A DNA stretch of 64,000 bases from Mobula hypostoma (GCF_963921235.1 NC_086108.1:25172001-25236000), one strand, 5' to 3'. Counted from the first letter of the stretch, positions 1 through 13,640 are shown. Notes: generated from the letters alone by a model not told the origin. Made by a program: numbers and translations.

Positions 1-680
1 CTGTCCTGGACACACTTAACAAACTCTGCCCCGTCTAAACCCTTGGAACTAATCAGATGCCAATCAATATTAGGGAAGTTAAAGTCACCCATGATAGCAA
101 CCCTGTTATTTTTGCATCTTTCCAAAATCTGCCTCCCAGTCTGCTCCTCTGTATCTCTGCTGCTACCAGGGGCCCTATAGAATACCCCCAGTAGAGTAAC
201 TGCTCCCTTCCTGTTCCTGACTGCCACCCATACTGACTCAAAAGAGGATCCTGCTACATTACCCACCCTTTCTGTAGCTGTAATAGTATCCCTGATCAGT
301 AATGCCACCCCTCTTCCCCTTTTTCCGCCCTTTCTATCCCTTTTAAAGCACTGAAATCCAGGAATATTGAGAATCCATTCCTGCCCTGATGCCAGCTAAG
401 TCTCTGTAATGGCCACTACATCATAATTCCATGTATGTATCCAAGCTCTCAGTTCATCACCTTTGTTCCTGATGCTTCTTGCATTGAGGTACACACATTT
501 CAGCCCTTCTACATTACTGTCTTTACTACTTTATTCTGCTTCTCTTTCCTCAAAGCCTCTCTGTATGTTAGATCTGGCTTTACTCCATGCACTTCTTTCA
601 CTGCTCTATCGCTCTGGGTCCCACCCCCTTGCAAATTAGTTTAAAACCTCGGAACCATGCCAACGAACCTACCTGCAAGG
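1..680 (-). mobile_element. Degraded CR1 LINE fragment (ORF1/ORF2 junction and APE endonuclease region)
   Basis: Minus strand near 60-95 reads MGDFNFPNIDW (APE endonuclease GDFN motif); frameshifted. Confidence 0.8.
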
Positions 681-814
681 ATATTTCTATCCTTACAGGT
701 AGAATATCATGGTAACTCATTTCCTGATCTCATTACAGTCTTTATCCAAACATGGGAAAAAGAGCTGAACTCCAGAGGTGAGGTGAGAGTAACCACCCAA
801 AATAGCATTTGATT

Positions 815-975
815 GAGTTTAGCATAAAGGAACCCTGGCTAAAGTGGAGCCAAATGGAATTAAAAGAAAAGTCTCCAATGGTTGGAATCACACCTAGTAT
901 AAAGGAGGATGGTTGTAGTGATTAGAGGTCAATCATCTTAGCCTCTGGACACCTCTGCAGGCGTCCCTCAGGTCT
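815..975 (+). mobile_element. Old CR1-type RT fragment
   Basis: Degenerate WLESHL..RRMVVVIRGQSS..TSAGVPQ peptide. Confidence 0.6.
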
Positions 976-1515
976 GATGAGTTCCTACAGACTCTTCCAT
1001 AGAAGGGGAACAAGGCATCTGATGAGGTGGTTGTAAGATGGTGTGAGGTCCTTCCATTGTGTATTCAGAGTTTCTGCAGGATACCAGTGAAGGCTCTTAA
1101 GGTTGTCAACATCATTCTGAAAGCTGCTTTTCCACTTTACGGAGTCAGAGGCCAGGGAATCTCAGAAGTAATTGAGAATGTTTAATTTCTTTAAGAAGTC
1201 CTTCAGCACACCCTTAATCTTCTCCTCTTCCCTCCTAAATATCTTTGACAGAGCCCAGAACTTTGCTTGCATCAGAAGATATGTTCCTGCATACAAGCAA
1301 AGTCCTCTGCCCAATATAGCCACCTACTGACTTCTACCACCTTGAAGAACAGGAGCACCATGGTCATAGTCACATTACCATTACAAGGTCCACTCTAAGT
1401 TATTTACTATTCAAATTTGGAAATATTTCACTGGCCCTAAAATCTTGAAACTCCTCGCCAAAGAGCATTGAAGGAGTTTCATTATTAGTGGCTTATCATT
1501 ATTTTCTCAAGTGTA

Positions 1516-2790
1516 ATTGGTAACAAGAGCCAGAGAAGTGATACAGTATAGGGACTCAAGTTATCCGAAGGTGGCTAGAACAGGGACCCAAGTAAGTACT
1601 GGCAGGAAGTGGAGGGCAGAGGAAGCTGTTCAGGAAGCAGAGGCGAGGCTGCATCACAGGAGGCTGGTGGGAGTGGTCACACGAGGCCGAGCTGGGCTAG
1701 GATCCTTTTCAACTCCCCAAATGGACACCAGAGGGAAGGAAAAGCGTCGTCTAGTTCAGGAGGAGATGAAAGCAGTAGTGGAGGAGATGAGAACTTGCAA
1801 GGCGGTGGGAATGAAGCAACAGGGAGCTTGGACAAGATGGGAGAATGCGGTTGAGAGGAAAGTGGCCTAGGCTGATCTTTGGAAAGCCGAACCACACCGC
1901 ATCCAATTTCTCATCCAGGAAGTGTATGATGTGCTTCCAAGCCCATGAAACCTGCACACACAGGGCAAAGCGGAGTCATCTTCGTGCCCACTGTGCTCTA
2001 AGCAAGGAACCCTGGAGCACATCCTCAGCAGCTGCACAAGGGCACTTGGTGAGGGACGGTACCGATTGGGGCATGATCAGGTCCTGAAGACCATCGCTGA
2101 AACCATCAGCGCAGGAATTGAGTGGGTGAAGTGGTCTTGACCCTCCAAGCAGACCATTGCCTTTGTCAGAGCTGGGGAACAGCCAATACCCACCAAAAGT
2201 ATATCTGCAGGCATCCTGACCTCTGTAAGGGCTGGCAGCTGTTGGTGGACCTCGAACAGCAGCTGAAGTCCCCCAACCATATCGCAGCCACCACCCTGCG
2301 GCCAGACATTGTCCCTGTGTCTGAGTCTACTAAGCAAGTGGTGCTGCTGGAGCTGACAGTCCCATGGGAAGATAGCTTGGAAGAGGCCTTTGAAAGGAAG
2401 CTCTCCAAGTACGCAGGACTGGTCAGCAACTGTCAGCAGGCTGGATGGAGAGCGAGGTGTCTCCCAGTGGAGGTTGGTTGTAGGGGATTCGCAGCACGGT
2501 CCTTAGCCAGAGCCTTCAGCATTTTGGGCATCGAGGGAGAGAGGAAGAGGAGAGCCATCTGCAGTACCACTGATGCAGCAGAGATGGCCTCAAGATGGCT
2601 GTAGTTCAAAAGAGGGGAGCCATGGAGTCATAAGTAGCTAGCCATCTGGACACAAGCTGAGGTCTGATCAGCCCCGGCTGGGTCACCTGGAGGAGGTTGT
2701 ATGATGCTGAAAAACCCGAAACACCTAATGAATCCAGGAACATCACTGAAGATGTGTCCAGAGGCATCAGTATATGTTTGTACACAGCAC
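1516..2790 (+). mobile_element. 5'-truncated non-LTR retrotransposon with restriction-like endonuclease (HERO-like, R2 group), decayed
   Basis: CCHC knuckle CPLCSKQGTLEHILSSC (~1985-2035), HDQVL motif, RPDIV...LLELTVPWE...KLSKY RLE motifs (ORF 2122-2604); in-frame stops and frameshifts; interrupts an older LINE 3' UTR. Confidence 0.88.
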
Positions 2791-2952
2791 AGGATGGGTA
2801 TAAAATGCCAGTCTTGCAAGCAATGGACACAATCCTACTAATAACTATGTTAATATAGAACGTAGAACAGTACAGCACAGTACAGTACAGTTAAATTAAT
2901 AACACCTGTGTCAAAAGATGTAATATTTACAATGAGTTCCAAACACTCCTGG

Positions 2953-3269
2953 TGTCATGGTCCTGACTGAACAGCGGCAGGCATCCAAGTTTTGATGCTC
3001 CAGTTCCCAGGAGTATGGTGAGTTGCTGCTGCCCTCTTAAGACTCAGAATGCCAACTATTGCCTGCCACTTTCCTTCATGGAAAGTCTGTACTTAAAGGC
3101 CTTGTGCTGAGCACTCACTGCTCAATTGTTGGAGTTCCATTTCTTGTATTACACTTTGTGATTCCACCTTTGGATTTTATTTGTGTTGTCTTGTTAATTT
3201 TGAGTCTGAGTCAACTCTAGATCTACCTCTGCACTTGGGCTCACCACCATCTGTAGCTCTCTCATTACA
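2953..3269 (+). mobile_element. Solo LTR (317 bp, Gypsy-type)
   Basis: Termini TGTCATG...CATTACA; perfect 5-bp TSD CCTGG at 2948-2952 and 3270-3274; TACTTAAA TATA-like box. Confidence 0.75.
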
Positions 3270-4908
3270 CCTGGTGAGCGTAAAGAAAAAGCCTAGCTCA
3301 GAAACCTGGATCTTCATTCAAACAGCCAATTAATCAGCCAACAGGTAGTTTCAGGAAATGATAGCTTTACTGTAAAATCTTATGGAGCCATACTTTCTCA
3401 ATATGTGTCCTTTTACTGATGAGCAGCTTCATGGTAAAACTATTCCTCGCTTGACAGTACTCTTGCGTGAATGAACCTTTTAAGGATATATCTGAAATTA
3501 CTACTGGTCACAGAGACGTGCACTATTATTAGAGCCATTAATAAGTCTGGCAGCGCTCAGCTCCCATTCGACTCATACTGCCTGCTCTGGGCAGACACCC
3601 TGACACCAAACCTCTTCCAGTTCAATAACGGCAATCTACTAATAATGAAATGATGTCCATTGAAAAAGAACAATTGAGCCCACATTATATTTGACATAGG
3701 TAGCATTAAAATGCGTTTAGTTTTTTATTGTTTGAATCTATTTCATTTGTCTATCCTGACTGGTCTTCCTGTAGTACTTTACAAGACAAAGGCTCTTAAC
3801 TCATCAAGGTTGGTAATGGATTATGCAGTAGCCAGATTCCTATAATAGATTCATTTATATGTGAAATGCACATTGATTTCAAAGGTAAGGATTCTTCATG
3901 AAGGGTCTCCTAGAATCCCGTTTTCGCACTGCCCTATAATTTTACACACCAACTGTTGACAAATCAACTGAGAAACAATCCATTTCAGTTTGGCATTTTA
4001 GTACATTTGCTTTGATTTGAAATGGAAGGAATTTCTCAGGGTCAGGCAGCAGACTGTGTTGATATTGCTCCATCATTCAGAATCAACTCAAAAGCACTGC
4101 ACCTCATCTGCGAAGTTTAAACTGTACACGGTGACATAGGCATGGTAGGATCCTCGGATTTGGAACTAACTCTGCTTATGTAATTATTTGAAAGGCAATT
4201 AATAACATTGTATCTCTAACAAATTTTTGCAGGGAGAATTAGTTTTTTTAATGAAATGTCCTTGTAATGTTGGAATATCTACACTTGCTCCAAAGAGTTG
4301 TATGGTAACCATGGAACCAAAGGACAAGCTAGTGATACCAGCTGTAGAACTTAATCTTCCAGATAAAGGAGCTGAACTATTACCCTTCTCTGCTAGCTAT
4401 TCTCCAAAAGCATCATCTCTGTGCAGCAGCGCCTTGGTCTCCTGAATTGTCTGTCTGCTTTCAATCCCAAAAAATTGCATCGTCCATTTCACCCAAGACA
4501 CACGACTGTAATTTAACATTCTTGGGATCTAAATTCCCAACCTCCCACAGAAACTATCCACTCCTCCAAATCTGCCCTTAGAACGTCTTGCCCGTTATGT
4601 CCTCCATCAGCAACTACACACTCAGCTGTTTAGAGTGTGCATTATGGAATTACCTTTCTCTATAATTCCACATACTTATCTGCCATCTCTCCTTCAATAC
4701 TATTCTTAAATACTGCTTCTCATTCTTTCTGTTTGTGTTGTGTTTATCTTTGTGGTACTGCGCTGTATTTCCCACATTAAGTGCACATGAACATTAATTG
4801 TTATTGTGCGAGGAGACCATTAAAGCTATGTTATAAACGTTGCTATATCTGCTGAATAAATGAGCTGAACTAACACTGATACTGTTGAAACCACTTCCTG
4901 TAAACAAG

Positions 4909-5042
4909 AACAACAGGAATTCTGCAGATGCTGGAAATTCAAGCAACATACATCAAAGTTGCTGGTGAACGCAGCAGGCCAGGCAGCATCTATAGGAAGA
5001 GGTGCAGTCGACGTTTCAGGCCGAGACCCCTCTTCCTATAGA
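4909..5042 (-). mobile_element. Miniature Penelope-like element terminus (pLTR fragment) with short inverted tail
   Basis: Near-identical to 40676-40789 and 56496-56548; 13-bp TSD TCCTGTAAACAAG at 4896-4908 and 5043-5055; terminal CTCTTCCTATAGAT is the reverse complement of internal ATCTATAGGAAGAG. Confidence 0.85.
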
Positions 5043-5299
5043 TCCTGTAAACAAGGATGCATTAACAAATTATTTATAGCCTACTGGAAATAAAGGTGGA
5101 TCCTTGTTTAAAGAAAGTGGTTACAACTTTCACTAATTATAGTTCAGCTCATTTTATCCAACAAATAAGACAACCTTCATGAACACAGTGTATTAGATGC
5201 ACAACATGGGAAAGATGTTCGACTTTACAATGCAGAACCACAGTCAGATAAAATAATGCATTGAGAAAGAATGAGCGTGCAGCATCTCCACCCTGTCAC

Positions 5300-6012
5300 A
5301 CAAGGAAAGGTTCAACAACTTTAAATTTATCATTTTGGAGGACCTGTTCCAGGCTCAGCGCTTTAGTGCACTTACGGAAAAAGCTCAGCAGCACATCTGC
5401 TTCCTCAGGAGTTTGCGAAGATTCAGCCTGGTATGGAAACACCATTGCTATTGAATGGAAAATCCTACAAAAATTTGTGGATATGGCCAGTTCATCATGG
5501 GTAAAGCTCTCCCCACCGTGAGCACATCTACATGAAGCATTGTCGCAGGAAAGCAGCATCCATCAGCAGGGACTCCCACCACCAGGGCCATGCTCTCTTC
5601 TCAATGCTGCCATCAGGAAGAAGATACAGGAGCCTTAGGACTCACACCACCAGGTCCAGGAACAGCTATTATCCCTCAGCCATCAGGCCTTTGAATGGGA
5701 GGATATATATTCACCCAGCTTCACTTGCCAATCATTGAAGTGTTCCCACAACCTCAGGACTTACTTTCAAAAACTCCTCATCTCATGTTTTCAGTATTTG
5801 TTGTTTATTTAGTTACTATCATTATTTCTTCTTTTTGTATTTGCATGTCTTTTGCGTACTGGTTGAACACATAAGTTGGTGTGGTCTTTCATTGATGATG
5901 TTATGGTTAGTATTCTATAGTGGATTTATTGAGTATGTCCACAAGAAAATATACCTCAGGGTTGTATATGCTGACATATATGTTCTTTGATAATAGATTT
6001 ACTTTGAACTTT
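5300..6012 (+). mobile_element. Rex1/Babar LINE 3' fragment
   Basis: KAQQH..FLRSLRRF and HALFSMLPSGRRYRSLRTHTTRSRNSYYPSAIR C-terminal motifs; (ACTTTGA)n-like tail. Confidence 0.8.
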
Positions 6013-6242
6013 GACATCCCTTTTAATTCTCTTACCTCTGAGATTAAATTTATGCCTCTTGTGTTCTGCACTCTTTCCTTTGGAAAAGGGATTTGTGCTT
6101 CCACTCTGTCAATGCCCATTATGATTATGTATAGTCCTCAGTCTTCTACTTTCCAGGGAATAATGTCCTAATATTTGCAACCTCTTCTTATAACTGAAGC
6201 ACACAAATCCAGGCAACATTTTGGTAAATCAAGGCCACTAGA

Positions 6243-6885
6243 CATGCTGTGTTGTCTAGAAGACTTTTCACTACTCATCCAAGCGGCTTCTTCAGTTCTG
6301 ATCCATGGTCGGTAGTTTTCCGGCTTCTAAACTCTGTGAGCTCATTAAAGGTACAGCAATCACATGAGGGTCGTTGAGAGATGTGGAGGTAATAAGAGAG
6401 TTATTAGTCTTATCTTTGCATGAATGCAGGTGTGAACTGCTGTGAGACATTGGGGTAGAGATGTTCAGATCGCATTGTAAGTAGCTGATAGGTGGTGTCA
6501 TACCCTACTCCCTCTGTTCAGGGATGGGGTTTCCAGTTTGACAAAGATGGTTTCCTTAACCCCTCTTTCAAACCACCTGTCCTCCCTATCCAAAATGTGC
6601 ACAATGTTATCATCAGAGGAGTGTCCCTTGTCCTTTAGGTGTAGATATAAAGCCAAGACTTAAACTGAGGTGTTTGCCCTCTTGTGTTGGGCCATCTGTT
6701 TGTGAAGTGGTTGTTTTGTCTCGCTGATAAACAGATCTGTGCAGTTCTCATTGCATTGGATAGCATATGCAATATTACTCTGTTTATGTTTGGGAGTAGG
6801 ATCCTTGGGGTAGATGAGTTTCTGTCTGAGTGTGTTTGTAGGTTTGAAGACCCTGATAACAACTGGTGCAGTATCAAACATGATA
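6243..6885 (-). mobile_element. Penelope-like element 3' fragment (Poseidon-like GIY-YIG endonuclease plus pLTR)
   Basis: ORF 6660-6881 FKPTNTLRQKL..PKDPTP..QSNIAYAIQC..CTDLFISETKQPLHKQMAQHKR is a degenerate GIY-YIG domain; hammerhead-like core at the end. Confidence 0.8.
6258..6299 (-). ncRNA. Degenerate minimal type I hammerhead ribozyme motif of a PLE
   Basis: Minus strand AGAA-CTGAAGA-(helix II)-GAAA-AGTC-TTCT; stem I AGAA/TTCT; ACGT palindrome mutated. Confidence 0.55.
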
Positions 6886-8439
6886 TTGGTTAATCTCTGG
6901 CAATTGAATTGGGACAGATATCAGTCATTATCTTAATAAATGCTAGTCTAAACTGGAAGGATTAAACACATCTGCTCTCTGTTCATATGGTACTTTAATT
7001 GCATGAATCTCAAGGCATGAAACTGCTTAAAGATGTATTCAGACACAAGGTGTGATTCTGCACTATTTGTCTGCAGGTTTGGCATATGTTGGCTGTAACT
7101 TGGGGCTGGTGCATTGAGTCATAAACACAGTTCTCCAACACTCTTCTATTCTAACTCTGCTGGAAGAAGAAACTTTGTGACATTGTAACTCACAATTTAG
7201 CATGGTTCCATATGTACTCAGAGGCTGCTCACGCACTTATTTACAGATTCATGTCAATGTCAAACATGATTCATTCTCTTCTCAGAATAAGCTTCCTGTC
7301 CTCACATTTTTTAGTAGAAGCAAAGAATAACATCAAAATCAAAATTAGAGAATAAAATCAAAGGAGAAAGTAATGGAAAATTGGATCCAGGTATCAGACA
7401 GAGAGAATCACAACTCTTAGATTTTGCTTGTATCAAAATGCATCAGAAAAGGAGCAACTAATTTAACTCAAATCTGTTGGATGTTATTCAAATCCTCTGG
7501 GATTATGCACTCCAGATTATCAGTGAATGGTATTTCATCTCTTCAAGCACTTGTAATTGGAGCTTTAACAAGTGACTTACAAATAATTAGCTGACACCAT
7601 TGAGTTTCATTGTAGAGATGATGGAGTAAGACTGTGGAATATCACTGTACACTCCGATCTCAAATCAGAGCACTTTCACCAATGGATTTGATGAGTGAGG
7701 TGTGCATTTCAGATCTACCTGCACTCTTCTTGAAAATTCTGCATTATAATGTAATAAAAAATACTTGACTAAAGAACTTTGATTAAAGTTTGTGCAGCCA
7801 TGAAGTTAGTACCAAGATAGTTTTGCGGCAACTGATTCCATTGATATTCACTTGTTCCTGTTGCAAAAATTTATAATATTCTGAATAAGTCAATGAAATG
7901 ATAATTACAACAATGTGAAGAGTAATGTCACTTCAGCTCTTCTATTTAGTTTTGAAATTAGCTTCAATTTGATCTTGGACTTCAGCCAGTCTATTACTCG
8001 TGTCTTAGATTTGTTCTCAGAATTACACAACTTGGAGAACGAGACAAACTTGCAATACCTGTTTTCCTGCTAATTCAGACAGAATACTATTTTAATACAA
8101 GTATAAAGCTAATGGATTTAATACTTTAAATAGAATCAAAATGCAATTATGCATTAATTTCATAGAGAAATATGGAAAAACACAACTGAAGTGCATACAT
8201 ACTAACAGTTCCTTGTCTGCATTTTTGAGCATTTTAGCATTCAAGTCATAAATCTAATCAAATCTAATCTAATCTAAATTGTTTAAAGTTATCTAAATTC
8301 ATTTATTAGGTAGTGAGAGAGTGAAATGATTTGTTCATTTTTTTTCCCTTGACCAAGTGCACATCAAACAGCCCCAGAGTCACCTCCGGGGATTCTCATA
8401 CCCCACAGTCACCCCCAGGGATTCTTACAAATCTTACAC

Positions 8440-8860
8440 AAACTTGGAAAGCCCTTGGAGCACCTTGTAGAATTCTGGCCAGCACATTGTAGAAAGGGTG
8501 TGGGAGCAAAGGACAGACTGCAGAAGCGATTTATTGGGAGGTTGCCTCAAATGGAGTGCTGCAGTTATCATTGTCATTTCGGAGGGTGAAGGGTGACCTT
8601 ATAGAGTTTTATAAAATTATAAGGGGTACAGGTAGGATAGATAGGGTAATTTTTCAGGCAGGAGAGTAAATAATATGAAGTCACAGGTTTAAGGGAGAGG
8701 GGAGAAATTAAGGGAGATCTGAGGGGTATACTTTTCACACAGAGGATGGTGGTTATCTGGAACGAGCTACCAGAGGTGGTCATCTAAGAAGAGGCAGATG
8801 TAGGCCTGATGTAAGCATATAGGAAGACTGCAGATAGGTAACATAATTGGCATGTAGGAG
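8440..8860 (+). mobile_element. Old CR1 3' fragment
   Basis: RRVKGDLIEFYKIIRG and FFTQRMVVIWNELPE remnants. Confidence 0.7.
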
Positions 8861-9589
8861 GTGGGGTGACGGGACCCATTTTTATTCTCTAGGTATCCAT
8901 AATCCCATGATGAAAAGCCTGTGAAGAGTCGTCCTACCCTGTCCTGAACTGATTTCTTACATATTTTGCTCACAGGGTTTTCCACTTCTGCTGGGAATGG
9001 AGAAACATCTATCTTATTAAAGTGAAGGTGAAGAGAAAATGTAATCTGCACAAGAACTCTGTGATTCCATTCGCATATTTGCTCCACCCCCACCAACCTT
9101 ATAAGCACCTGAGAAAGCCCTTTGGTAATTATACAAGTTGCACATGGTCTTGTTGCCAAATCCCGTTATATGGTGTCAGTTGCAATCTCAGCATGGTTGG
9201 CCATGTTATTGAAAGAAAGACGTACCTGTATCCACATCACACTCGTGCTCGCAAGGGTCAGTTAGACGACACCCACATAACTCCATTACCCAGGGCCCAC
9301 TGCTGTTCTGCTGGTAGTACAGTAAGACCTGGGCTGGATTCAGCCAATCACTGGCAACAAGTTGACTTCCATAAAGCAGGACAAATCTGCTACCTAGACA
9401 GAAAGAAGAGCCAGATAATGATATTAGCTTGTTATTGCTTTGAGACCGTAAAAGAATCTGCTTAAATAATCAATTATATTCTAGGAAATTATGTGATCAA
9501 AGCAGTAAAAGGAGAAACAGGATTTTGGAATGAAAGTTCAAGTTTATTGTCATGGGCATCTATACCCAGCGACAAACTTTCACAATTGT

Positions 9590-10030
9590 ACAGAGGCAAT
9601 CATTTTGACTGGTGGCAAAACAGCCTGGTGTGGGAACTCCAATACACAGGAAGCAAGAGGCTACAGGGAGTGGTGAACTCAGCTGGTTTTACCATGGCTA
9701 TGGCTGTCCCTACCATCAAGGAGATCAACAAGGGGCAAGGTCTCAGGAAGCTGACATCATCATGGCTGCCATCAGACAGGAGGCATGGTAGCTTGAGGAC
9801 CAACACCACAAGGTTCAATAACAGTTTCTACCACACTGCCATCAGGTTCTTGAAATGACCTGAAAACCCTAATTCTACCTCAAAATATACTTCCCTCAAC
9901 TAATGTTGCTATGTTTACTTTTGTTTATTTGAGGTATAAGTTCTATACACTTTATGTTAATTTAAGTTTACATCTTTATGATGTTTGTGATGTACTGTGG
10001 TCCTCTTGTAAACAGCTAATTTTCAAGGCA
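9590..10030 (+). mobile_element. Rex1/Babar 3' fragment
   Basis: LPSDRRHGSLRTNTTRFNNSFYHTAIRFL. Confidence 0.7.
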
Positions 10031-10464
10031 TTTCTTGTTCATCTCCAAGTGAGCGAAGCCTTGGAATTCCCTATCTTCAAGTCTTGTGGAGACTCAGTCA
10101 CTGACCATATTTCAAGGAAAAGATTATGAGACCTCAAAACTTGTAGGATATTGGTTAACATAAGAAGGCAGCCCTAAAGTTAAAAAAAAACAATAATGAG
10201 GGGTCGAAGGATCTACTTCTGCTTCTGTTTTTATGTTATCTTGCCCAGAGTAGAACTCAGGTAAATGAACCAGTTTGCCTGCAATGTCAGCTTCTATTCA
10301 GCTCAAAGTTGAGATTCCAGCTCCCTCACTGTCCCCAACCTTCAGCCGACCAAAGATGACTAAAAATTGACCAAAGCATCCACTACATCATTCCAAGTCC
10401 GGGTGTATTGTTAATGACCTTTGAAATTTGTGAACACCAGAATTGTAGGTGGAAAACAATACAT

Positions 10465-10795
10465 TTACTAGCGATGCAGCGTACAGCTCCTGTGATCTCA
10501 GTTCAGTTCTGACTGGTGCGGTCTGTGTTGGGGTTAGGTATTTTCCCTGACGACTTGGGCTTCCTCTGGTTGCTCCAGCTTCCCTCACATTCCAAATTCC
10601 TTTCGATTAGTGGGTTAAGTGGCCACTGTACATTGTCCCTTGTGTGAAGGATAGAATCAGGGTGGGCAGTTGGTGCAAAACATAAGGAGAATAAAATGGG
10701 TTAGGAGGGTTTAAGGTTTAAAAAGATGGCATTGGATGCTTTGTTCTGATTCAGTGTGTCAAAGGACATGTTTCTGTTCTATAGCTCTCTGACAC
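10465..10795 (+). mobile_element. Degraded V-SINE (HE1-like)
   Basis: V-domain-like GGGCTTCCTCTGGTTGCTCCAGCTTCCCTCACATTCCAAA...GGCCACTGTACATTGTCCC followed by CR1-like tail. Confidence 0.6.
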
Positions 10796-11446
10796 TTTGC
10801 AGAATGCTAGTCTCAAACCTCTTCATCAAAAGATTCCTCATCCAAAAGCAATTCAAAAATCAAACAAAATGACACTTCTAAATGTATCATTTCATGGATT
10901 TATAACAGTTTAATGGTAAAACTCAAAGAGGGATGGAAAAGAGGGTTGCATCAATCTAATTGACATGAGTGTTTTTTTTCAAACTATTAAAAATGACTAC
11001 AGGCAAACGTTAACCAGCAGAAAAGAGGGAGATAATCTCCTATATACATGGGTACACTTGCTCTAAGTGATCACTGGGAAGGATAAATTCAGACTGGTGT
11101 TAGAGAGACTATTACTATTTGAGTATTATTTAAAGCTAAAGGCAGCTTGCACGGGGTTTGCAAACTGGCATGATCACCTGTACAGATGGGGTCAGGCTCC
11201 TCTCTGTTATCACTGGAGACGACTTCAGGGTCAAGGTTAGAGAGATATGCACATTGCAGAAACTGCTAATGGTGAGGCTGCAGAAGGTCATTCGTGAGTG
11301 GGTGTTACACATGTGTGCAATATTTAGCATCATAAATCCTTTGGTCATGAAGAAAGATTTAAGCAGCTAGGGCTTCTCTCTTTGGAGTGAAAGAGGATGA
11401 GAGATGTTAGAGAAATACACTGGTTTATGAGAGATATAGATAGAGT

Positions 11447-12009
11447 CGGGTTGCTTAAGGTTGTTATAGCCGGGGGTGGGGTGATAGCGGGGGTGGTATT
11501 GGGGACAAGCTCCCACTAGATATTAAATGTTCCTAATGGCGTGCATCTCAAATGGCTTCTGACAACCAAGTCCAGCTCCTGGCCTTCACGTGACAGGAGA
11601 AGGGGCAATGATGGGTTACTGGTGCCTTAAAACCAGTCGCTTCAGGCAGATGGGGGCTCATTAAATGTGGTTGGCTGCTCATCTAGGAGAAGGAAAACTT
11701 CGCTGCCTTGCGCTGTACCCACTCATGAGGTAGGCTTCAGGAGTAAACCCCGAGGCAAAAATCCGGAGCTGGAGTCCCTAAGGCAGTCCCACTTTGAGTT
11801 CAATGTTAACCAGCAATGCCTGTGATGCACCTGGTACCAATTTGTATCAGTCTCTACCGTTCTTTTGGGTTCATCAGCTGTGTGGAGAGGGGAAAAGCTC
11901 ACGACATGGGCAACAGCTAGCTCTCTATTTTGTACTGCCAGGCTTGCTTATCCAGACAGCTAGGATGCAATATCCATGGTCAACTCTGACCGGTAGAGAC
12001 CCTCAAATT
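11447..12009 (+). mobile_element. Non-coding RTE-5'UTR-like element inserted into a CR1 3' fragment (host ~11360-12280)
   Basis: Host CR1 sequence GATAGAGT|GGACAGTCA rejoins across the insert; CTAGGAGAAGGAAAACT motif resembles RTE 5' UTRs (family assignment from memory). Confidence 0.5.
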
Positions 12010-13269
12010 GTGGACAGTCAACACCATTTTCCCAGGGGTGTAAAGGTTCCAGTCGCCTCTGTAGAGAGCAGTAGGTATCTTGAACGCACAGCTGGGGATG
12101 CTGGTGGAGGCTGATACAAATGGGCACTTACAGGCATTTAAGAGACTGTTAAATATTCACATGGATATAAGAAAAAAATTGAGAATTCTGGGCTGTGTAG
12201 GAAGGAGGGGTTAAGTTGATTGCAGAGTAGGCTATTGTAGGTCTGTACAACACTGACGTCCGAGCATGCTGATGTCTTACTGCTTCGGGTAAGATGACGA
12301 TGTGCTTGGGTGTAGCAGCCAGCCAGGTCCAATTAAGGGTGTATTTGTTCATCCTGTACATCGCTTTTACAGTTGCAAATCATGTCTGGATGCCAAGAAT
12401 AGCAATTACTGCAGGCCTATCCCATTAGCATATCACTCGATAGCTATTGAGCTGAACTTATTGTCTACTGTTGTGTTGTCCCTGGATTTGTTGCGTACCG
12501 TTGTTCTGTAATGGTGTGCAGTCCAACATGGGTGCGAGAGATTGTCTTGGACATTTTTGTGGCAATCGCAGGACTCTGCTAGACACTGGTAATGTAGGAT
12601 ACTGCAAGTCCGGTTCACTGGTTCATTGGGGAGACCGATGGCATGGGAGCTGAGTTGTCTTAGTTGTTGCACAGAAAAGGGCTTCATGCCTCAGAGTTAC
12701 TTGTTGTGGTTGCCAGCGAAGGAGACGCTGGAGCTCTATGGGTTCTGCTATATTTCATATTGAGTTGCAGGCTGGCCCATCCCGTCGGTGCTTGGTGATG
12801 CTGTCTGGTCCTCGCTCAGTGCTGCTCTCCAGTGTTTGCTCAGTGGAAGAACAAGCTTGACCAGGACAACTCAGGGATTTGCGCTGTATATTTTTTTTCT
12901 ATTTCTGACTGCATGCTTTTTTTGAAACTGTAACCATATTTACTACTTGTGCTACATGCTGTGTGCTGTTGGTAATGTGTTTTGCACTTGGCCCCAGAGA
13001 AACACTGTTACGTTTGGCTGTATTCATGTGTGTTTGAATGATAATTGAACTTGGAACTTGAATTTGAACTGTGGGCCACAGAACGGTACAGCACAGAAAG
13101 TTCTTGGTTGCATTTTATCCTAACAGATTCAGATTGAACTCAGAAGCCATCACAAAGATTGTTTACTTGCACCTACTTCACATCACTCATCTTTGCCTGC
13201 ACTTCATGCCATCTGCCACAGAATTTCTAACCTCAAACATATTTTATTCACTAACACAATACTAAATTA

Positions 13270-13640
13270 ACAACACATACAAAATGCTGGAGGAACTCAG
13301 CAGATCAGCCAGCGTCTATGGAAATGAATAAACAGTCTATATTTCAGGTCAAAACCCTTCCTCAGGACTGGAAAAGAAGGTGGAAGATGCCAGAATAAGA
13401 AGGTGTGGGAGGAGGGGAAGAAGGAGAGGCTAGAGGATGATAGGTGAAGCTGGATGGGTGGGGGAGGTGGAGGGGGGAAGGGGGAAGAGGTAAGAAGCTA
13501 AGAGATGATAATTTGAAAAGGCAAAATGCTGAAGAACAAAGAGCCTGATAGGAGAGAAGAGTGGACATGGGAGAAAGGGAAGGAGGATGGGACCCAAGGG
13601 AAAGTGACAGGTAGGTGAGGAGAAGAGGTAAATTATCCAT
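13270..13640 (-). mobile_element. Older Penelope-like pLTR/3' fragment
   Basis: Homologous to 56496-56760; minus strand CAGTC-CTGAGGA-AGG..CCT-GAAATATA-GACTG hammerhead variant at ~13333-13370. Confidence 0.7.

Noticed and set aside
11560..11640. HDV-like ribozyme in the RTE-like 5' UTR (TTCACGT loop-like motif)
   Set aside because: I could not assemble the P1/P2/P3/P1.1 pairings by eye; a structural motif search is needed
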